From the NCBI GenBank assembly GCA_965243205.1, contig CBDEUK010000002.1:1248001-1312000 (forward strand): a stretch of 64,000 nucleotides of DNA. The letters run 5' to 3'. This stretch comes from Gammaproteobacteria bacterium (GTDB lineage: Bacteria; Pseudomonadota; Gammaproteobacteria; Eutrophobiales; Eutrophobiaceae). Position 1 is the stretch's first letter. The number at the start of each line of letters is the position of its first letter. This document shows positions 59,705-64,000 of this stretch, one piece after another. The notes beneath the pieces were generated by a model. The model was given only the letters and a program-made list of their open reading frames with translations. It did not search any database and was not told where the DNA came from. Position numbers and translations under genes: made by a program.

Positions 59705-60793
59705 TTAAGATAATAATCGCTTATGGGTTTCAATACTCATTAATAATCCAAACCCAATCATTAAAGTAACGATCGAGCTTCCGCCATAACTAATCAAGGG
59801 TAAAGGAACCCCTACGACTGGTAATTGGCCTGTCACCATCCCTATATTAACAAAAACATAGACAAAGAAGGTTAAAATTATTCCACTGGCTAATAATTTT
59901 CCAAAGGTTTCTTGAGCATGCATAGCGATATATAAACCACGAATTATTAACACTAAATACAATGCAATTAAGAATAAAACGCCTATAAAACCAAATTCTT
60001 CACAATAAACAGCAAAAATGAAATCGGTTGATCGTTCCGGTAAAAACTCTAAATGGGACTGCGTTCCTTCAAGCCAACCTTTGCCATATAAACCACCAGA
60101 ACCGATTGCTATCTTCGACTGAATGATATGATAACCAGAGCCTAAAGGATCTTGTTCAGGATTTAAAAAAGTCAGCACGCGTTGTTTTTGATATTCATGC
60201 ATAAAATTCCATAAAATCACAGCACCTGGTAATAACATCAAAATCGATCCAGTAATTATTTTCCAACTGATCCCAGTAATAAATAGAATTGATAAACCGG
60301 CCATTGCTACTAAGATAGAAGTTCCTAAATCCGGTTGCTTAGCTATCAGTAACACAGGAATAAAAATTATCACCAATGACTGAATAACGCGCGAGAGATT
60401 CGGTGGCAAGGCTTTATCAGAAAAAAACCAAGAAATAGCAATAGGTAGAGCTAACTTCATAATTTCCGAAGGCTGGAAACGCACAAAACCCAAATTCAAC
60501 CAACGTTGCGCACCTTTGCCTGTATCACCAAAAAACAATACTGCCAACAACAATAGAACTCCAAAAACATATAGCATAGGAGCCCATCGTTGAATTGTCG
60601 TAATTGGAAACTGAGCAACAACTAACATTAATCCAAATGCAACAACCAATCGGATCGAATGTTTATAAACGATCTGTTCACTGCTGCCACTAGCGCTGAA
60701 AATAGCAAATAAACCTAAAATAGCTAAAGCACTCGTAACAAATAGAATAATAAAATCTATATGCAATTTTTTTGAGAGTGATATTTGTTCCAT
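59705..60793 (-). CDS. rodA: Rod shape-determining protein RodA
   Basis: GAQRW, FQPSE, KQPDLGT, LPERSTDFIF, ISYGGSS. Confidence 0.96.
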   Translation of the reverse strand: MEQISLSKKLHIDFIILFVTSALAILGLFAIFSASGSSEQIVYKHSIRLVVAFGLMLVVAQFPITTIQRWAPMLYVFGVLLLLAVLFFGDTGKGAQRWLNLGFVRFQPSEIMKLALPIAISWFFSDKALPPNLSRVIQSLVIIFIPVLLIAKQPDLGTSILVAMAGLSILFITGISWKIITGSILMLLPGAVILWNFMHEYQKQRVLTFLNPEQDPLGSGYHIIQSKIAIGSGGLYGKGWLEGTQSHLEFLPERSTDFIFAVYCEEFGFIGVLFLIALYLVLIIRGLYIAMHAQETFGKLLASGIILTFFVYVFVNIGMVTGQLPVVGVPLPLISYGGSSIVTLMIGFGLLMSIETHKRLLS

Positions 60794-60805
60794 TGAGTTT
60801 CGTTA

Positions 60806-62659
60806 TTACAATTTATTGGTGTTTAACAAATAATGATCAAATAATTCTCTAGCAATTGGCGCAGCACTAGACGAACCACTGCCTCCATTCTCTACTAATA
60901 TAGCTATTGCAATAACTGGATTTTCAACAGGTGCAAACGCTATGAACCATGCATGATCATGAAACTCTTCAGCCAGCTCATCTTTATCATATTCAGCATC
61001 TTGAGCAATACTGATCACTTGAGCTGTACCTGTCTTACCAGCAAATTCATATTCACTGTTTAAACCACTTCTTTTAGCCGTGCCTTGTGGATGATGAACC
61101 ACGTTTCTCATTGACTCGATAATAGTATCCCAATGCTTTGGTTCTTTGTTGGGTATGGAATTAAGCACTTTAGGCTCTACTACGGTTTGTATTGGTTTGA
61201 TTGGATCGGAAATCAAGGAAACCAATGTTGGTTTATAAAGTTTTCCTAGGTTTGCCAATGCAGAAGTTGCAGCAACTAGTTGTAATGGAGTAACTAATGT
61301 ATAACCTTGGCCAATACCAACAATTACTGTCTCACCAGGATACCACGGCTGATTATATTTCTTCCTTTTCCATTCCCGAGAAGGTAATAACGCACTGGAC
61401 TCACCTTCTATATCAACACCGGTTTTTTTTCCAAAACCAAATTTAGATAGATCTTTATGGATATTATTAATACCCATCTCAACTGCCAACGAATAGAAAA
61501 AAACATCACATGACTCCATAATTGCATGATTCAAATCCGTCAAGCCATGCCCTTGTTTTTTCCAATCTCGATAACGATGTGTATTACCCTTTAATGAATA
61601 CCAACCAGGACACCATACGTCTTCTTTGTTATCAATCAAATGCGATTCTAATGCACTGTACCCTAAAAAAGGTTTAATCGTTGAACCTGGAGGGTATTTA
61701 CCATTCATTACTCGATTAATTAACGGTCTAGCATCTGAACTAAGTAATTGTTGATACGATTTTGAATCAATACCGTTCACAAATAAGTTAGGGTCATAAC
61801 TTGGCTGACTAACAAAAGCCAGCAATTCACCATTACGTGGATCCATTGCTACGATAGCACCACGTCTATCTTTTAATGCCTCATTGGCTTTGCTTTGTAA
61901 TGATAAATCGATACTTAATGTTAGATGTTTACCTGACTCAGGAGCTTGACGTTCCAAGACACGAATCACTCTACCTTGAGCATTAACTTCAACTTGTTGG
62001 TAACCTACTTTGCCATGCAATACATCTTCATATGATCGTTCAATACCTAATTTTCCTACATGGGTAGTTCCACTGTAGTTTGTTGCATCAAGCGATTTTA
62101 AATCATCCTCATCAATTCTACCGACATAACCAATCGAATGAACAGTCATATCTCCATAAGGATAAATACGATTTAATCGACCAACCACTTCGGCCCCAGG
62201 TAGTTGATGTCTATTAACAGAAAGCTTTGCAACTTCTTGTTCAGTTAAATTAAATCGTAAAGGTATGCTTTCAAATTTACGTTTTCTTTTTAAAGTTTTT
62301 TTAAAACGTTCTATCTGCTCAGGACTTACTGAAACTAGCACCTTTAACTGATCAATGAGTTGATCAATATCTTTAGTATCTTCCGGGGTAATCTCTAACG
62401 TGAAAGATGAATAGTTATCTGCTAATAGAGTGCCATCACGGCTATAAATCAAACCTCTAATCGGTGCTATCGGTAAAACTTTCACTCGATTATCCAAAGA
62501 CAGTGTCGAGAAATGTTCGAATTGAGTAACTTGAAGATAAAAAATTCTAACGGTTAAAAATAACAATAATAAAACAATAATCGCTAACCCAGCAAAAATT
62601 CTAAAGCGAATGATTTGCTGTTCATACTCTTTGTTATTGAGAATGAATTTTTTCTGCAA
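60806..62659 (-). CDS. mrdA: Penicillin-binding protein 2
   Basis: PGSTIKP, SCDVFFY, AGKTGTAQ. Confidence 0.96.
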   Translation of the reverse strand: MQKKFILNNKEYEQQIIRFRIFAGLAIIVLLLLFLTVRIFYLQVTQFEHFSTLSLDNRVKVLPIAPIRGLIYSRDGTLLADNYSSFTLEITPEDTKDIDQLIDQLKVLVSVSPEQIERFKKTLKRKRKFESIPLRFNLTEQEVAKLSVNRHQLPGAEVVGRLNRIYPYGDMTVHSIGYVGRIDEDDLKSLDATNYSGTTHVGKLGIERSYEDVLHGKVGYQQVEVNAQGRVIRVLERQAPESGKHLTLSIDLSLQSKANEALKDRRGAIVAMDPRNGELLAFVSQPSYDPNLFVNGIDSKSYQQLLSSDARPLINRVMNGKYPPGSTIKPFLGYSALESHLIDNKEDVWCPGWYSLKGNTHRYRDWKKQGHGLTDLNHAIMESCDVFFYSLAVEMGINNIHKDLSKFGFGKKTGVDIEGESSALLPSREWKRKKYNQPWYPGETVIVGIGQGYTLVTPLQLVAATSALANLGKLYKPTLVSLISDPIKPIQTVVEPKVLNSIPNKEPKHWDTIIESMRNVVHHPQGTAKRSGLNSEYEFAGKTGTAQVISIAQDAEYDKDELAEEFHDHAWFIAFAPVENPVIAIAILVENGGSGSSSAAPIARELFDHYLLNTNKL

Positions 62660-62664
62660 ATGAT

Positions 62665-63153
62665 CTAATACACATTAAATTTACGGCGGATATCTCTTAA
62701 CACAATAAATAACCATGGCCATAAAAACATACTGGTTAAAACAGGCATCCAATACAAAACATTTATATCAGGTGTTTCTATTAGACTACGAATCCATAAT
62801 ACAAGTAAGAGATAAAAAGAAATGATAAAACCAATAAACAAAGATTGTTGAAGTAGCGAGTATACCCGTATTCTTAGGAAAGATTTAATAATGATATACG
62901 CTAACAATGCATAACCTAGAGCATTTAAACCTAACATCGTGCCTTGTAACACATCGATCATTAAACCCAGCACCCAAGCTACACCAATTCCAACTCTACT
63001 AGGTAATGCCATAACCCAATATATCAATACTAAAGCTACCCAGACAGGACGCCAAACTGTTGCCCAATCTGGTAATGGCATTGCGGTTAACATAAACGCA
63101 ATTAAAAAGCTTAAAGCGATAATATAGGTACCGTGTCGCTCAGTCTTCATCAT
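62665..63153 (-). CDS. mreD: Rod shape-determining protein MreD
   Basis: RPVWVALVLIYW, GLMIDVL.G, position between mreC and mrdA. Confidence 0.93.
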   Translation of the reverse strand: MMKTERHGTYIIALSFLIAFMLTAMPLPDWATVWRPVWVALVLIYWVMALPSRVGIGVAWVLGLMIDVLQGTMLGLNALGYALLAYIIIKSFLRIRVYSLLQQSLFIGFIISFYLLLVLWIRSLIETPDINVLYWMPVLTSMFLWPWLFIVLRDIRRKFNVY

Positions 63154-64000
63154 GACGGTAAGCTAATTCATTTTCATCGTTGTTATTTTGACTAAACTGT
63201 TCTTGTGGCCAAACTAATAACACTTCACGACTGCTTTCAAGTCTAGCACTCGGCTTAACAATAACTTTCGCAAACGACTCACCTGGCTCAAGTGAAATAC
63301 TATCGACAACACCAACAGGATAACCAGAAGGAAAACGACGACCCAAGCCAGAAGAAACAATTAAATCGCCAACACTGATATCAGCATTGGTTGGAAGATG
63401 TTCTAGTAATAATAAATCCTTTTGACCTGTACCAACGGCAATGGCTCTCAAACCATTACGATTGATTTGAACTGGGATTGAATGCGTTGGGTCTGTGATT
63501 AACAAAACATCGCTATAAAAAGGACTAACATAAACAATTTGCCCCATGATTCCATTTGCATCTAGAATTGGCTGTCCATCATAAGCACCTTGATTTTGGC
63601 CTTTATCTATTCGAATTTGATGCTTAAACGGCTGTAAATCGACAGCCATTAACTCTGCAATTAAGACACGTTCAGACAACCTTAAAGACGATTCAAATAA
63701 TTCTCTAAGTCGATTATTTTCTGCTTCAAGAACAGCGTAACGTTGTAATTTTGAATTAAGTAATAATTGCTCTTCTTTTAATCGTTCATTCTCTTTTTTC
63801 AATGTTCCATGTGTTAGAACAAATTCATTTGCAAATGTAACAATTTTTACAGGTAAGTTTACAACATATTGAACAGGATAAATCAGAGTTGAGAGAGAAG
63901 AACGTATCGTATCAAGATAACCTAAACGATGATCCAAAAACATGGCAGCAATCGATATAAAGATAAACAAAACGATCTTTATATTTGCACTATGTGTATT
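63140..64000 (-). CDS. mreC: Rod shape-determining protein MreC (start at or beyond the window edge)
   Basis: ENNRLRELF, IDKG, LITD, SSGLGRRFPSGYPVG. Confidence 0.93.
   Translation of the reverse strand, partial: NTHSANIKIVLFIFISIAAMFLDHRLGYLDTIRSSLSTLIYPVQYVVNLPVKIVTFANEFVLTHGTLKKENERLKEEQLLLNSKLQRYAVLEAENNRLRELFESSLRLSERVLIAELMAVDLQPFKHQIRIDKGQNQGAYDGQPILDANGIMGQIVYVSPFYSDVLLITDPTHSIPVQINRNGLRAIAVGTGQKDLLLLEHLPTNADISVGDLIVSSGLGRRFPSGYPVGVVDSISLEPGESFAKVIVKPSARLESSREVLLVWPQEQFSQNNNDENELAYRHDED

Noticed and set aside
634-63127. Numerous short antisense or out-of-frame ORFs in the track (e.g. 2121-2471, 13934-14239, 37353-37766, 47387-47734)
   Set aside because: They are shadows of well-supported genes and have no motifs of their own.

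Overview
AT-rich chromosomal window from a free-living Gammaproteobacterium (inferred from rplM-rpsI, coq7, oxyR, degQ, lipAB-ybeD and the mreCD-mrdA-rodA-mltB-rlpA-dacA-dat cluster; a CbbY-like HAD gene hints at a Calvin-cycle autotroph). Main non-housekeeping content: (1) an integrase-less integron cassette array at about 28.3-31.7 kb, with a strong sigma70 promoter, an attI-like entry site and five attC sites that decay along the array; (2) a Pho-box-preceded plcP-glycosyltransferase-olsF phosphate-starvation lipid remodelling operon; (3) a block of about 15.5 kb that splits the usual dat-ybeD-lipBA synteny and carries a 1250-aa fused GltD/NfnB-PyrK/NfnA-like flavoprotein, an AOR-family enzyme with its MoaD, two tandem effector-less double-cNMP proteins and an ATP-grasp/7TM/aspartic peptidase operon; (4) a two-photolyase operon with an unlisted DUF2256 gene; (5) an 84-aa stand-alone chemoreceptor-tip protein; (6) an NtrC box plus sigma54 promoter and leader hairpin ahead of a ThDP enzyme; (7) two genes with lesions at the 5' end (yaiI, DUF2207). 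I saw no rRNA, tRNA, CRISPR array or transposase. All family calls come from motif recognition, not database searches.
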